From: Lama guanicoe
Taxonomy: Eukaryota
Reading direction: 5' to 3'
Assembly (NCBI GenBank): GCA_013239625.1
Contig: MU054323.1
Coordinates: 12,717,694 to 12,781,693, forward strand
DNA length: 64,000 nt
The position numbers were made by a program, and so were the translations under genes. Each line of letters opens with the position of its first letter. Within the stretch, counting starts at the first letter, position 1. Below are positions 26,590 through 40,760 of this stretch, piece after piece. A model generated the notes under the pieces. That model ran no database searches, was not told where the DNA came from, and was given only the letters and a program-made list of their open reading frames with translations.

Positions 26590-27040
26590 TATACTTAAAT
26601 ATAAGCATTTGTTCCCCATTTTCCCCTTCCCCTAACTGTTGACAACTACCAGTCAGCATTCTGTCTCTATATATAATTTACCTATTCTGGGTATTTCGTA
26701 TAAATAGAATCACATACTGTGTTACCTTTTGTCTGTCTTATTTGACTTAGCATAATGTTTTTGAGGTTCATCCAGTCAGTACTTCATTACTTCTTATGGC
26801 TGAATAATATTCCATTGTATGTATTTACTACAATTTATTTATCCATTTAGCCATTTAATGGGCTTTTGGGCTGACCTTTTGACTGTTGTGAGTGGTCTTC
26901 CTATGAATATGAGTATACCTGTATTTGAGTATCAGTTTTTATTTCTTTGGATATATACCTAGGAATGGAATTGCTGGGTCACATTGTAGTTTTTTGTTTA
27001 ATTTTTAAAGGAATCTCCATCTGTTTTCTGTAGCAGCTAA
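26590..27040 (-). mobile_element. L1MB-like 3' fragment
   Basis: ttagcataatgtttttgaggttcatcc...ggctgaataatattccattgtatg...atacctaggaatggaattgctgggtc. Confidence 0.8.
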
Positions 27041-27111
27041 ATAGTTGAAATCCTACTGGTATTTTTGAGGATAAAACCAAATAGTAATAAATTTTCATTT
27101 TTTATTGTAAG

Positions 27112-27276
27112 CCACAGGTATCAAGCTCTCATAATGCTACATCAACAGAAGAACAGCAGCTCTATTGGGCTAAAGGGACTGGCTTTGGAACAGGCTCTAC
27201 AGCTTCTGGATGGGATGTAGAGCAAGCCTTAACTAAACAGAGGCTGGAAGAGGAGCATGTTACTTGTCTTTTGCAG
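27112..27276 (+). CDS. BIRC6: BIRC6 coding exon
   Basis: Acceptor ttattgtaag| (in-frame alternative 6 nt downstream), reads PQVSSSHNATSTEEQQLYWAKGTGFGTGSTASGWDVEQALTKQRLEEEHVTCLLQ, donor CAG|GTATGT. Confidence 0.92.
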
Positions 27277-28156
27277 GTATGTTTACACAGTTGATATTGT
27301 CAGTGATAATAGTTAAATAATTTTTTTGTATTTGTATTAATTTTTAAGTATTGTTGACTGCCTGACTCATCCTTAGCTACTTTTATAAAGCCCATTGTGC
27401 TCCCTGCTCTCAGTGCATTTAAGACTACTCTTGCCTGCTTGTAACTCCAAATTCTTCCCTCTCAATTAGTTTCTTCACTGAGAGGGAAGTGACAAGGATG
27501 AAATTATTCAGTAACTGAAAAATATACCATCTCTGTCTTCTTCTGGTCAACTTCACAAGGGCTCTATATGGACTCTTTCTTTGAAGAAAATTATCTGTTT
27601 GTATCTTTGTTTCTCACATTGTTCAATTAAGTTTCTAGAATCAGGCAAGGTGAACTAATATAGAAAGTCCTTAATACCACATAAATGAGAAGAGGAGGTT
27701 CTTAAAGATTAGCTTTAGTTCTTGCATCAACTAATTGAAATTAGTTGCCTTTTTTTTTTTTTTTGAGTTTTGGTCAGGTCTTTGAGCATTATATTTTACA
27801 ATTCTAGAATGATAGCCTAGTTCTAGTATAAAATTCTAAGATTTCATCACCCTGAAACTATAAACTGAGTCTATTCAATAAAAGAAACAATCTCAGAGTT
27901 ACTAAGCTTTTAAGTTCCCGTTCTTAGGTGGATTGCTTCTATATATCTAGTCATGTACTGTGCATGATTATGCAGAACACATCTTCTTGAAAATCTGAAG
28001 AAAAAATATCTTATTTTTAAAACACGTAGTATGAGGCATTGATTGAGTTGAAAATACATACTCTTGGTATTCAAATTGAATATGTAACATGAACTATGGG
28101 CTTTTAAAATATGTGAAGCTAAAATCCAATTTAAATCCAGCAAATTTTATTTTTAG

Positions 28157-28325
28157 GTTCTTGCAAGTTATATAAATCCTGCGAGTGGTGCTATAAATGG
28201 AGAAACTCAGTCGTCTCACGAGAGTAGAGGACAGAACAGTAATGCCCTCCCTTCTGTCCTTCTAGAGCTTCTCAGTCAGTCCTGTCTCATCCCAGCCATG
28301 TCATCGTATCTACGAAATGATTCAG
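28157..28325 (+). CDS. BIRC6: BIRC6 coding exon
   Basis: Acceptor tatttttag|, reads VLASYINPASGAINGETQSSHESRGQNSNALPSVLLELLSQSCLIPAMSSYLRNDS, donor CAG|GTAAAT. Phase 0 to 1. Confidence 0.95.
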
Positions 28326-30744
28326 GTAAATCACATTGCAACTATTCCTCTAAAATATCTTAATGGATGAATACTTTTGTTTACTTATTTTATCATCATC
28401 AGTTTAAATGATGTGGTTCAATTGAAATATTTGGTATTATTCTTCATATATATATATGTACACCTATATATATTTGTAGGTATGAGTTTAATGTATTTAT
28501 TTCTTAAAAATTATTCTGGAAATATTTAGTTGTTTTGGGAGGGCCTCTCATTTGTTACTGTGTAGTCATGTGTTCTATTACATAGAATTAAAGTTGTTAT
28601 TATTGCTTTGTTTTCACCATGAAAGTACATTTTTTTCTTTTATTTGAAACTGAAAATGATAGGGCAGAGGCTAGCAGCTTCATGACAGTATTCTTATCTG
28701 AATATGGTTAATTGAATTTCTTTGTATTTTTAATATTTTTCTCAAACACTGGAATTTCAGGCAGTAGTAATTCAAAAAAAGGTGGAAAGATAAATTTTTC
28801 AAGTCCATAGGTACTTGACAATAAGGGTATTAGATTTTATAAATTCAATAATAAATGTACCAGAGGTACTTATTTTGCCAATATTCAAGTGATTATTGAT
28901 TGAAGCTTGTTTATTATTTCTTTAGTTGTGGAATTATCTTCCAAGAAATGTATATTCTTTTCCTAAAAAAGAATAGAAAGTTTATGTCTTATTTAGACAC
29001 CCAGTGACATACAGGTATTGCCAAGAAAAACGAGCAGTTAACATCTACTCCTTTTAGCTGGGACCTTTAGCTTTTTTATTTATCCACTTTGTAAATTTAA
29101 ACTATCTGTTCTTCTTAACTCTGCTTTGATTCATATTCTTATTCATGAAAATAGATACACATTTAAGTAGATTATTAAGGAAGACTCAGGAAAGCAATAG
29201 CAGTGAATCTTGAAGTATTCTGTTTTGATGCTTGGTAGCAATTTAAATTCACGTTGGATGGATGGAGTACATACTTGTATTTGAAAAGGGATTACTACCC
29301 CTATATTTCTCCTTTATATGGAGATTATTGTGCTTTAAGACACACCATTTCCCAGCCTACCTCAAATTTCTTCACAAAAATGTTGAGATGTTACATTATT
29401 TAAATTGATTTCTTTTAGACTGACCTGTTTAATACATCAGATTTGTCTTTTTAAAAATTGGATGTTAAATATGCAATATATTTCTTGATTAAGTAAAATA
29501 TTTGGAGCTGTAAACACTTAAATATTTCTGATCAGTACCGAGATTTAATATTAAATTGTATAGAAAAATTGCACAGAATAAGATAAGATTTCTCTTTTTC
29601 TCCTTCCACATTATTAAAATATTCTTAATCCTTTTACTTTCAAACTATATGACCTCTCAAATATTTTTAAATTTCTGTCTTGTTTTGAAATTCAATCTTT
29701 GTGCAGCACTGAGCTTTTATCTTTATGGCTCAGGGTCAAAAAGGAAATCTGATATTACTTACTTTTATCATTTAAAATAATCTATTGAAGTAGGTACACT
29801 TTCTGGTGAGTGTGTATGTTAATAAATAAGCTGTGATTCTGGTAACTATATGTATTGCACAGGCTTAGATATTGCATCTTGAAACTATTTTACAATTTAA
29901 TGTGACAGACCAGAGTTTACCTTTCCTTTGTGACTGTTTTCCTAGAATAAAGAAATTTCTTTGCCCAAGGTTTAGGTTTATATGCTTGAATCTGATACAT
30001 TGTCCAGTGGTATAATTATAACCGATACATTTATATTCAAATGTGGTTACAAAAATTATTTTGAAATAAGATTTTAAATTAAGATAAATTAATATAAAGT
30101 AATTGACTTAGTCAGATAACTGGCAGCATACCTCTTAAATGATGTCTTCAATGATCAGAGAAAATTTTTCTGTGGTTTCAGATATATTCTGATGCATAGT
30201 TTGTGAGAAGCGAGGTACAGTAGTTAAGCCCATTTAGAATATTCTAGATACAAATTATATATACAGAAAATGTAGCTTAATACTATATTAGTGAATATGT
30301 TAATTTTTAAAACATTTTAAATCTGAACAAATTACCTAGTCAGAGTCTTCCTTGAACTTAGTAAAATTCTTATTTTAGAAAATTAGTCTAAAGTTCACTT
30401 TCCAATTTTGTCATTGGTCTGTAGAATATTAGTTTTGGCCATGTAGGGGAAGGGTGTTGGGATAAGGTAAAGCCTCCAGTCTAGAATCTTTTACTTCACT
30501 TAATTATCATCTTTGTTCTCCTTTAATCTAGAACAGTTCTCAGCTTTTCTTTGCCTTACATGATATTGACATTTTTACAGAATAGACTGTTTTATAGACT
30601 ATCCAGCAAGTTGGTTTTTAACTGTGAGAGCAGTGCTAATATTTTCATGTGAGACATTATATTTAAGAGATGTTTTGCTTACATTGCTAGCAGATTATAT
30701 ACAAAAACACAAACCTAATGTAATAAGCTCTTTTGAGAGCTATA

Positions 30745-33255
30745 TAGTAATCTCCTTGGGAGATTGGTTCCAGGACCCTCTGCCAGTACCAAAACCTTCA
30801 GTTGCTCAAGTTGAGTACAAAAAATGGTGTATGTAGTATTTGCATATAACCTGTGCACACCCTCTTGCGTACTCTAAATCAACTCTAGATTACTTATAAT
30901 ACCTAGTACAATGTAAATGTTATGTAAATAGTTGTTATGCTGTATTGTTTAGGGAATAATGACAAGAAAAAAATGTCTGTACGTCTTCAGTACATGAGCA
31001 GCCATCATGATAGGACTAACTACATAGCACATGCCAGCACGGTGTACCATTTTCTTTGCTTTAGCACTTACAGATTGCTTTCATTTAATGAAAGAGAAAT
31101 ACAAAGAATAAAACACAGAATATTTAAAATACAAATACATATGGAAAATATAATTGTAAACAGAGAAAATATAACTTTATTCTCTTTCTCTCTCACACAC
31201 ATACTGTGTTAACAATCACCAAAACCCTGGTTCTTCTCTCTTGATAACCCTCGTATGGGGATTATGGTGGTGATGGCTATATGGTGCCTACATTGCCGAT
31301 GTGGTGAGATGACAAGATGTGTGGCATTGTAGGTAAGTGGTGAGACAACAGGCTAACTTGAAACTTCTGACAGGACATCAGAGGGGTCATCTATGTAGGA
31401 AAACCAGTTCCAATTGCAGACGCTCACACTTTGGAGGAGGCCCAATAATAGTAAAGTCTTAATCTGTAGAGTCTGAGAGCTGGGGATCTTCAAGTGTTGA
31501 AGATCAAGGATTCACGTTTGCAGATGCTTTAGTTGAAACATTGCTATAGGAAGCTGTTTCTTATTTCCTTTGCATCATCAAACAAATCTTACAGTGGTTG
31601 TAGGCATGTTGTTATCCCTCAGGTGACACAGAGGCATCCTTCCACTGAAGGATGTACTCAAGGATCGTATCCTTTAACACTTCCACCTTTTCAAAAACTG
31701 CTGCAAAGTTTCAAGTGTCCAAACTGATAGCTGTGCCTCCTCTGGATCTTCTGCATCATCATCTGTCAAGGATGTCAGCAGATCTTTGAGTTCCTTGTTG
31801 GTTAAGCTTTCTTTATGCTCTTCTATGTGTTTCCTGTTGTCGTTCTCAAATCATGTTAGAGAAGCCTTCTCCATCAACCTCACTTGCAACATTCAAGATA
31901 TTCCTGACTTCTGCATCAATAGTGGGGAATCAGTCACAAGCTCACTCCATATGGCTTCCAACATGCACTGACTGTCTTGGGCTTTTAGGGCATCTGCAGC
32001 ATCTACATTTGTGAAGCTTTTCCGTAAGTCCATGATGTTCCAATCAGGGTTAACATCAAGGACAGCAGGAATCCTCCTGAAGGTGAGGTGGGTGTAGGTC
32101 ACTTCAGTGCACTTAATGATGCCTTGATTAAGTGGCTGTAGCAGTGACGTAGTGTTAGGAGGCAGGAACCTCACTTCCATTCTCCTTGGTGAAGCAGAGA
32201 CATTGGGGATGGCTGGGAGCATTGTCAGTTATGAGGACCTTTATTGGCAGCCCCTTCTTTTTGAGGTGTTTCTTTACTTAGGAATGAAGCCCTAACGAAA
32301 CCATCTCAACAACAAGATGGCTGTCACTCAAACCTTCTTGTGTTGCCAACACACAGCCAGGCGATTATTGGTTTTGTCTTTAAGATCCTCGGGATTGTTT
32401 GCTTCACAGATGAGGCCCAGCTTGATCATGTGACCTGCTGTGTTGCCGCACAGCACCGTAGTAAGGGAATCTCTTTCTAGGCCTTGAGCCCCATGGCCTG
32501 CTTGGTACTCTTGGCTGTATGTACGGTTCAGCATCTTCTTCCAGAAGAAGCTTTTTTTTTTTTTTAAATCACAATTGAAGACTTGCTCTGATATGTGGCC
32601 TTTCTATTGAGTTTCTTAAGCCCTCTGGGGATGCTGATGCTGTGTCAGCATCAGCTGACGCTGATTCTCCTGTGATCTTTAAGTTCTTGAAGCTCTGCTC
32701 TTTTCATAGCTAACTAGCCATCCTTTACAGCCTTAGAGTCCCTCTCACTTTCCTCAAACCCCTCACGGCAGTGCTCAAAGAGGCTAAGTGCTTTTTCACA
32801 CATTGTCTTGCCATCAACAAGGTTATGCTTTTGTGATGTGTCCTCTAGTCACATGCTTGATGCTTTCTCCATCTTTGCAGGCAGTGTATCAGGAACCAGA
32901 GAGATCATTTTTGCCATTGTAGGGGCAGCATTAACACTTCCACAAATTTCAGCTTCTTTCTGCTTTATTGTGCAAATGTTCGATTTATTCTTATCAGCCT
33001 TACCAGTAAGCCCACTTTGGCAGGCAACTTGCCACTTTTCACATGATCTAAGATTTTTATTTTCTCAAGAGATAGCACTTTACATTCCCTCTTAGCCTTT
33101 GAGGGGTTGCTTTGACCTCTTAATTGCTCTTTAGGAACACCCCCCGCCACCAAAACAAAGGTGTATACAACACATGTAGCCACTGAGTGAGATGTGAGGC
33201 AGACAGTGCTCAGCAGCATAACTCTGTGTTGGCCAACTATATGTAACAAACTGTA
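30745..33255 (-). mobile_element. Tigger/pogo DNA transposon with decayed transposase and a MER2-like terminus
   Basis: Minus-strand motifs in order: HTH KVLSLEKIKIL (~33080), KITGESASAD, QVFNCD (~32580), FWKKM..RTY, TVLCGNTAG, VLITDNAPSHP (32238-32206), FLPPNTTSLLQPLNQG. 30745-30995 matches MER2-like end text. Confidence 0.88.
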
Positions 33256-36200
33256 ATTTTAAAATAACTTGGATTTTTCTTCAAAGAAATTTAATTCAGT
33301 AAACTAAGTCTATAAGAGATTTGTTAGAAAAATTGTAAATCAGTAAGTTTGAAGCCACAGCTTCAAAGTAAGTGACTGAAACAAATAAGTGATACAAACT
33401 GTATGTTTGTATTAGGCCGTTTTATCTCTAGTATCATTCTCAAAAGGAATGATTAAAAACCCTTGAAGAGAGAAAGTGGTTATTTTCATGAGAGATTTCT
33501 TAGATAGATAGGAAAATCCTTGTATAAAGGATGTGTTCGTTTTAATTTCTCTCTTGTAACATTCTGACTTCCATTTGTCATAGCCATGTTTTTGTTCTGC
33601 TTTGTGAACAAGTATTTTTCCTGAAGCAGCTGTCAGTTACATGTATGCTATTGCATAAGCCTTCAGTTTCCTTGCTGGCCACTCGATGGAGATCTCATTT
33701 CATTGCTGTAAATGCTTTGTAAAATTACATAAATGTGAGAATTAACCAGTAAAATATTAATTTAAAGTCCCTCCCTCTCATCTCACTCCAATTTTGGGAA
33801 GTGCTGTGTTCCTGTTTTCAGAAAATAGTACCACTGAGCACATTAAATTACTTGCCATTAATTTAGTGGAGCATGCTAAAAATCCTTTATCAAAATGTAA
33901 TAAAGTCTTTACCTTTTTCATACTGGTTTCATAGTGTCAGATTAGGAAGAAACAAATGAAATCCAGAGAAATTTATTCAGTGCCCAAGTTTAGCAGTAGT
34001 ATGACCATTGCTAAACACATATTTTCAAATTTTAAAGAAAGATATAAATAGGTTTTTTGAGTGTGGAAAAGAGAAATGAATAAACGTGATATGTTAGAGG
34101 AAGGTAGAAATGAGACAGAAACAGGCATAGAACTTTTCTATTGGGAACATTATAAAGTATCAACTAATTTGGCTTTACCTTAGCTAAATGATGGCTTATA
34201 TTAGTATTAAATTTCTTCATTTTCATAGTATTTGTTTGGTAGTTCCATAACTATCTGTAATGTGACAAAACCCACTATTGCAAGATTGTTATACCATCTG
34301 ATTTTCCTCACACTGGATTTTGTGGGTTTAAAGTTCTTTGATCTTAGGTTATATTCCTCAGAAAGTCAGCATTTAAGTAAAATTTTATGAGAGAATAAAG
34401 TTAATTTTATCATTATGGCCAGTGTCTTAAGTATGACCATACTCTTTAAATCCAGAAATTATTTCTAAAGTTACTTCAGAGTAAACGTACAGTTGGAACT
34501 ATAGCTATCTTTCCAGACCTCAGCACAAGAAATTCAAGAGTGCCTGTTGTCCTCTAAGGGCTTAGAAATTGTATTAGTGTTGTAACACAAAAATACAGTG
34601 CTATATCAATGGAAAATATGTAATTTTGTCATCATTTATGAAAGCAGTTCTTTTGCTTGTTCTGTTGATACACATTGCCTCAGAAACAAATAAATTGAAA
34701 TTATTGAGCTGTCATAACACGTAGTTCTTAACTTTATATCCTTATTTATAGTTTTCTTGGTAATAGTTCATTTGAAACTTTTGAGTTATATTGTCATTTC
34801 TTTGCACTGTTGTAATAAATAGTCTGCCAGAAATGGGTGAAAGTTTTACAAGGTTCTTCTGCTAAATAGAGTTGCATGTCACTTGATTTTTAATCCCCAA
34901 TTGTGTTATGACATGGTCCCAGTTTTCTTAAAAATTATATGAGGAGTACAGATAAAATCTGAAACACTTGCCTATATTTAATATATTTTACTTCTATTTA
35001 TGATTCAAAAATGAGATACTGCCTGCCATTTCATTCTTGGTAAAAGAGTACAGAGTACCAAAATTTTGAGCATGTTAGTGGCCACTCAGAGTATCTGGCA
35101 CACGTAAGTGCTCATCAACAAATACTAGATCCTTTTAACTAGAATTCTCATAGCTGTCAAAATATCCTAGGTAGAAATATTTTTGGTTTAGAATACATTA
35201 CTCGGTCTCTTAAATAGTTATACGGGTAAACTTTACAAGGGAAAGAGAGGTTGCTTAGATTAAAATTTAGATGGGTTTCCAATTGATTTGATTTATACAG
35301 ATTTGTAAGGGTAGAATATATGCAACACTTAACGCACCTTCTTTGATTACCCAAAGTAGAGTGGTCCTTCCCTTTCCATTAGTTACCAGTATACCTGATG
35401 CTTATATTTCCACTTCTCACGTTGTAGTCTGATTACAGTATAAAACTTCTTATTAAAATTCTACCTAGCCAACCTGCCAAATGAACTATAACTCTCTATC
35501 TATAAACAACTTGACTTGTGCCATATAAATATTTCTTTTCCCATTAATTAAATTGTAAGCCTAAGAGTTAGTTACATTTATTTCCAAATTTATTTATGCC
35601 AGTTATATTGCCATGACATTGTTAAATATTATGCAAACTAGATGCTTATATGGTAAATTAATGGCATAAAAAAGGAATTGGCTAAAACAATCATTGAATT
35701 AAGTCTACATGAGAAACTATAAAAGATACGTGTGTGTGTGTATGTATATATTTCCCACCCCCAATAGAATCCCCTTCCTGCTGAATAGAGCAAATTCATC
35801 TTGGCTTGTGTAAAAAAACATTCATACTTTGATATTCTTCCAAAAATCTTTGATCTTTTGATGGGGTTTTCATGTATTTCATTATTTGGTCCTACTGGCT
35901 GGCTTAATTGTCAACTGTAGCCAAAGTTTAACATATTCTAAGGTTGACATGAATCTCCAAAACAATTTATTGGCTAAGGCTTGGTTGAGAAGTATGAATT
36001 CAATAAGTAAAATAATGGAAAAATGAAAGGAAATGAAATATTATATATGAATCATTACATATAGAAGTTATTTTTATCAAAGTATTTGTGTAAAACTCAC
36101 TGACGTTTTCCTTACAGCACTTGCATGTGATGGAATTATTACTGATTGCATATTATAATGTACAAATGTTCTTGATGATATGTGCTCACTTAAGATACCC

Positions 36201-38146
36201 TTTTAATAATCTCATTTGCAAGAATCTTAATTGCAGAGCTGTGTTTTATTTTTAAATATATAGTATCAAAGAATAGTTCTTGGTTTATTTATTGAGTTAC
36301 ATTTTAGAGAGAATTTAAGATTCTAGGTGAAAAAATTTCTCTCACTTTACTATAACCAATGTTTATTTCAGCTTAAAAAAGCTGTATATTGTTTTAAGTA
36401 CAATATCTACAACTGTTGATCTGCTAGAGAAGAAAATATATTTTAAAGTTAGGAAGGATAAGTATAAAAGTCAAATTATTAGATCAGTAGTAAAAAATTG
36501 AGCTGTTTTTTGAATAAATTAGTCTACCAGGCAAAATATATTTATTACATGATTATCTTTTAAGATATGTACACTTAACATGCAACTTTTAGGGATATTG
36601 ATTGCAAATAATTATGGATTGTTTTAGTGTTCGATTACTTGAAAGGATTTATAGTTTACAGATAAATAATTTAAGGATCTCTGATTGCTTTGTTTCCATG
36701 TGATATTTCCATGAAATATAGGATGATTTTATATTTCAAGTTATACAAAATAAGGATGGATAAATTCTGTAATTGAAAATTAAATCTTTGAATAATTTAT
36801 TTATAAAATTTTCACATTAGTTTTTTAGTCCACTCATATAGCCATTCCATAAACAAATAGTACTTTACTAGATTGAGCTGAGTTTTTATACTTTAGATGA
36901 GTATTTCTCATTTTGTATTACTGGAGTTCATCAGAGAAATAAAGTCAAAACATGCTGAAGAATATCAGAAAAAAAAAGATACTTTTTCTATGTAGTTTTT
37001 ATTTTCTATGTAATCTTGTAGTCACAACTGTTTAACTACCAAAAAAAATCATTATAAGGCATGCATTTCTTCTGATATCCAATATAGATCCGAAAGAAGA
37101 TTATGCTTTTGAAAATATTCAGCATTTATTAATACTGACTAAACTTTATTTTCCTATACATTTTGTTAGTCATCTTTCCCATACTGAAAAAATTTCCCTT
37201 TCCTATATTAGGTAGATTAGTAGAGACTTAAAGTAAAAATAAATCTGCAAGCAATTTGAATATAAATAATATGTATTCAGTATGTACTTTAAGAAAAATG
37301 TCTGTGGCATTGTTGCTTTTGTGTCTTCTTTCTATTACCAGATCTTCTATGTTTTTTGGCAAGATATCTTTATTGTCCATATATTCATTTCTGTGCCTAG
37401 AGTAAGGCACTTACCCTGCATGCCACCCTTAGAGCCAGGCGCTTACCCTGGAATGTTAGTCATAATCTTTTGGAAATACTCTTTTAAAGGGGTGTCTTAG
37501 AAATCATTTTTGTTAGAGCTGTTATTTGTCCTGAATGCAGCCCCATGAAAGAGACCATCAGAGTGTGATATAGATATACACAAAAACAATTACCAAGAGG
37601 TTAAGTATTATGCCAATGATGCCTAACATGGTCAAGACAGATTCTTCTTTTTCTTCTTTCTCTTCTTGCTTCTTTACATCTCCTGCTATGATGATGACAG
37701 GAGTACCCATTTTCCCAGAAAATCTCTTGGTCTAGAGAGAAAGAAAATTAATTGTGAAACAAATCCCTAGGAAAGGTTATCTTTGAATTGTATAGAGAAA
37801 TAGTGAATAAACTACTATACTTGTTTTGTTGCATAATTTTTCAGTGTGCAGTTCTATTTTAGTCTGTTCAGGTGGTAGAAAATGATAGAAAATGAATGCA
37901 TTTTAGTAGAACTTCAGATATTCTAATTTTAACAATTGGATAGAATAATAGAAAATATAATAAAAAGACACATTATATTCTGCCATTTATCCATTTTGGT
38001 TCTATAGTAGTTATAAATATATTTTTAAATGTTTTATATATATTTAACTAAGCCGACATATTTAATGTGAACTGCAGTTTATGCCTGATATGTATGTATA
38101 ATCACCACATATTTTAGCCTAAAATAATTGTTACTAAATATGTGAG

Positions 38147-38257
38147 TTTTTTTTTTAGTATAGTTGATGTATAATATTATATAAACTGCAGGTGTATAAT
38201 ATAGTGATTCACAATTTTAAAGGGTATACTCCATTTATAGTTAGTATAAAATATTTA
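38147..38257 (-). mobile_element. Short 5'-truncated L1 3' end
   Basis: Poly-T then agtatagttgatgtataatatt...caggtgtataatatagtgattcacaatttt. Similar flanks ..tgagtttt on both sides. Confidence 0.7.
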
Positions 38258-39768
38258 CTATAAATGTCTGAGTTTTAAAATAAGTAAAAGAGAAGTGTTC
38301 CTTACCCTACATTGCATCAGGAATAAAATATTATCAGATATCCTGCTTTAGTCCACAGTAGTTATGAATGAATCTTTTCTCTTCATGGAGAACTTCTGTT
38401 TACAGTCAGAGAAAAAGAAGTTTAAAAACCTGGACAAACTTCTTATCAAAGATGGCAAATATTTTCAATTCTCCAGAAGGGTGGGTCTTTTCCATTAGTA
38501 ATCCGTAGTAAATTTCTCTGTAACTGTTTGCTAAAAATTGATTCTTCAGCTTCTGTCAGTAATAAGCCAAATAATAATCGTGTTCTATTTTTGTTATAGA
38601 ATTATTTTTAGTTTTTATACATGCTGAATTGTGTGTTTCAGGAACAAAATGGCTAACGTTTATGATTATTTCTTATAAATTTCCTGTCAGATCAACCTGT
38701 TAATTATTCTGTTTCTTTTCAGCCATTTGAATATCCTTTTCCCCACTAAAATGTTTCAAATACAGAAAAATGAGAACTTTATTCTTTTACCTAGTACTAG
38801 TTACTATTTTCAAATTTGATAATTTCTCTTACTGGAATAAGTATAGTAGTGTCACACACCTGTATCTGTAGTTGGTGATGATAACTCCAAGGTATTTTCA
38901 AGCGTATTTCAGCAGATCTGAGGATCCGAAGGATAGTGACTTTGCTTGCTTGGTGGCAAGCAGTAACATTGAACACGCACTTGGCACTCACTGAGTGAAG
39001 AAGTTGCTGCAAGCCACCCTTGCAGACGTGGCGTTGCGTAACAGTGTTGTGCCTCCGTTCTTCTTTGTCAGGCTGGTCACATTTAATCCTGTAGTAACAA
39101 TGAAGTGTGCTTTAGGAAAAGACACTTAACAGTTTTATGGTGAAGCTCTGCATAGCAAGAAATAGAATCAGGGAACTCAGGAATGAAACACTTGTTGTGT
39201 TTTGTACTCATTTGTATTTCATTAAGAGTTTGTTAGCACTTATTGACTCCTTTTGTTTACTGACCACACATACATGTTAGTTTAAAAGTGCGTATCTTAA
39301 AAAGAGAGCATAAATTAGCTCTTCCCGTAGTTTCCCAGATTCCCTCTCTGGGAATATTCAGAAATAAATCTTTTTAAAAAAAAAACGAATAAATAAAATT
39401 GGGTATAAATAACCATGTTCCAGTTTCCAAACATAAGCATAGATTGCCAAATGCGTTAACATCTGGGTAGATTTTGACATTAAAATGAGTGAACTTGTTT
39501 ATGTAACTGATCGTTGTCAAGAAAAATACAAATATACAAAAACTTCATATTTTAAGTTTAAAATGCATGTTGTAAGAAATGATAATAGTAATGAAATTTA
39601 TTTAAAATTCTTTGTAAATCAAACCCACAATTTTATGTCTCACACTGATTTTACTATTCTCAACCTTTTGTCCATTGCTTCTTACCCTGTCTCCACAGCT
39701 TTTGCTTCCATCCCTCCCTGATATGAGGAGAATATCTTCTCTTTCCATAATTTAAGATTCTCAGTTGG

Positions 39769-39880
39769 CACAGGGCACTATATTCAATATCTTATAGTAA
39801 CTTACTATGAAAATGAGCATATGTATGTATACGTGTGACTGAAACATTATGCTGTATACCAGAAATTGAAGAAAAAAAAA
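39769..39880 (+). mobile_element. Short 5'-truncated L1 3' end with TSD
   Basis: L1 tail text with poly-A, flanked by aagattctcagttgg (39754) and aagattcccagttgg (39881). Confidence 0.85.
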
Positions 39881-40309
39881 AAGATTCCCAGTTGGAATCT
39901 GAAGTAATCTTCTCACTGCTAACTTAGTTGAATAAAATAAATATCAGTAGAATGAAAAGAAGTACCATGTTTCATTTATTTTAGAAGAGATGTCTTATTC
40001 TCTCTGTGCCCATTTATTTCCAGATTTTAACTTTTTCCCCCAGATTTTAAATTTTAAAATTATCAACCCTACATGTTTGTCTTGTTCTCCCCCCGCCCCC
40101 ACCTTCTGTACTGAATTTTAGCATGATAAGTTATCCTCAGCTTTATTCTTATAATGGAGAGGTAGCTTCTCATTTTGTAGTTTTTCTTGTTCTTGGTAAC
40201 TTCATAATCATTTAATTATTTATCTAAAATAACATATTTTTATAGTCTATTTTTAAACTAATACACTAATATTTTAAAATTAGTTAATAGACTAATTTTA
40301 AAAATATTT

Positions 40310-40760
40310 TTAGAAGCAGTTTTGGGTTTACAGAAAATTGAGCAGATATTACATATATCCCATATACCCTGCCTCTCTTTCATAGTATCCCATTACTCAC
40401 ATCTTGCATTAGTATGGTACATGTTTCAATTGATAAACTAGTAGTGATCACATTGTTTTTAATGTATTAGGGTTTATTTCCTAAAACACAAAGGCAGTCT
40501 ACTATACAACCACATACAGTAATCAAAATCAGAAAAATTAACTATTGATAGAATATAACCATCTAATTAATTCACAGACACCATTCATATTTCATCTGTT
40601 GTCCTAATTCTGTCCTCTATAGCAAAGAAAAAATTGCTTTTTGTTCAGAATTTAATCTAGTATCACTTAGTATCATTAGTAACCTTTTCTGTGTCCTTCA
40701 TTCTGTGACATTCCTCAAACTTTATCTTTTGTGACCATGACATTTAATAAAATCTTTTAT
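40310..40760 (-). mobile_element. L1MC-like fragments
   Basis: gcagttttgggtttacagaaaattgagcag...catcttgcattagtatggtac. Confidence 0.55.

Noticed and set aside
27728..27765. Stem-loop caactaat/attagttg followed by poly-T resembling a Rho-independent terminator
   Set aside because: Mammalian intron, and a weak AT-rich 8-bp stem is expected by chance.
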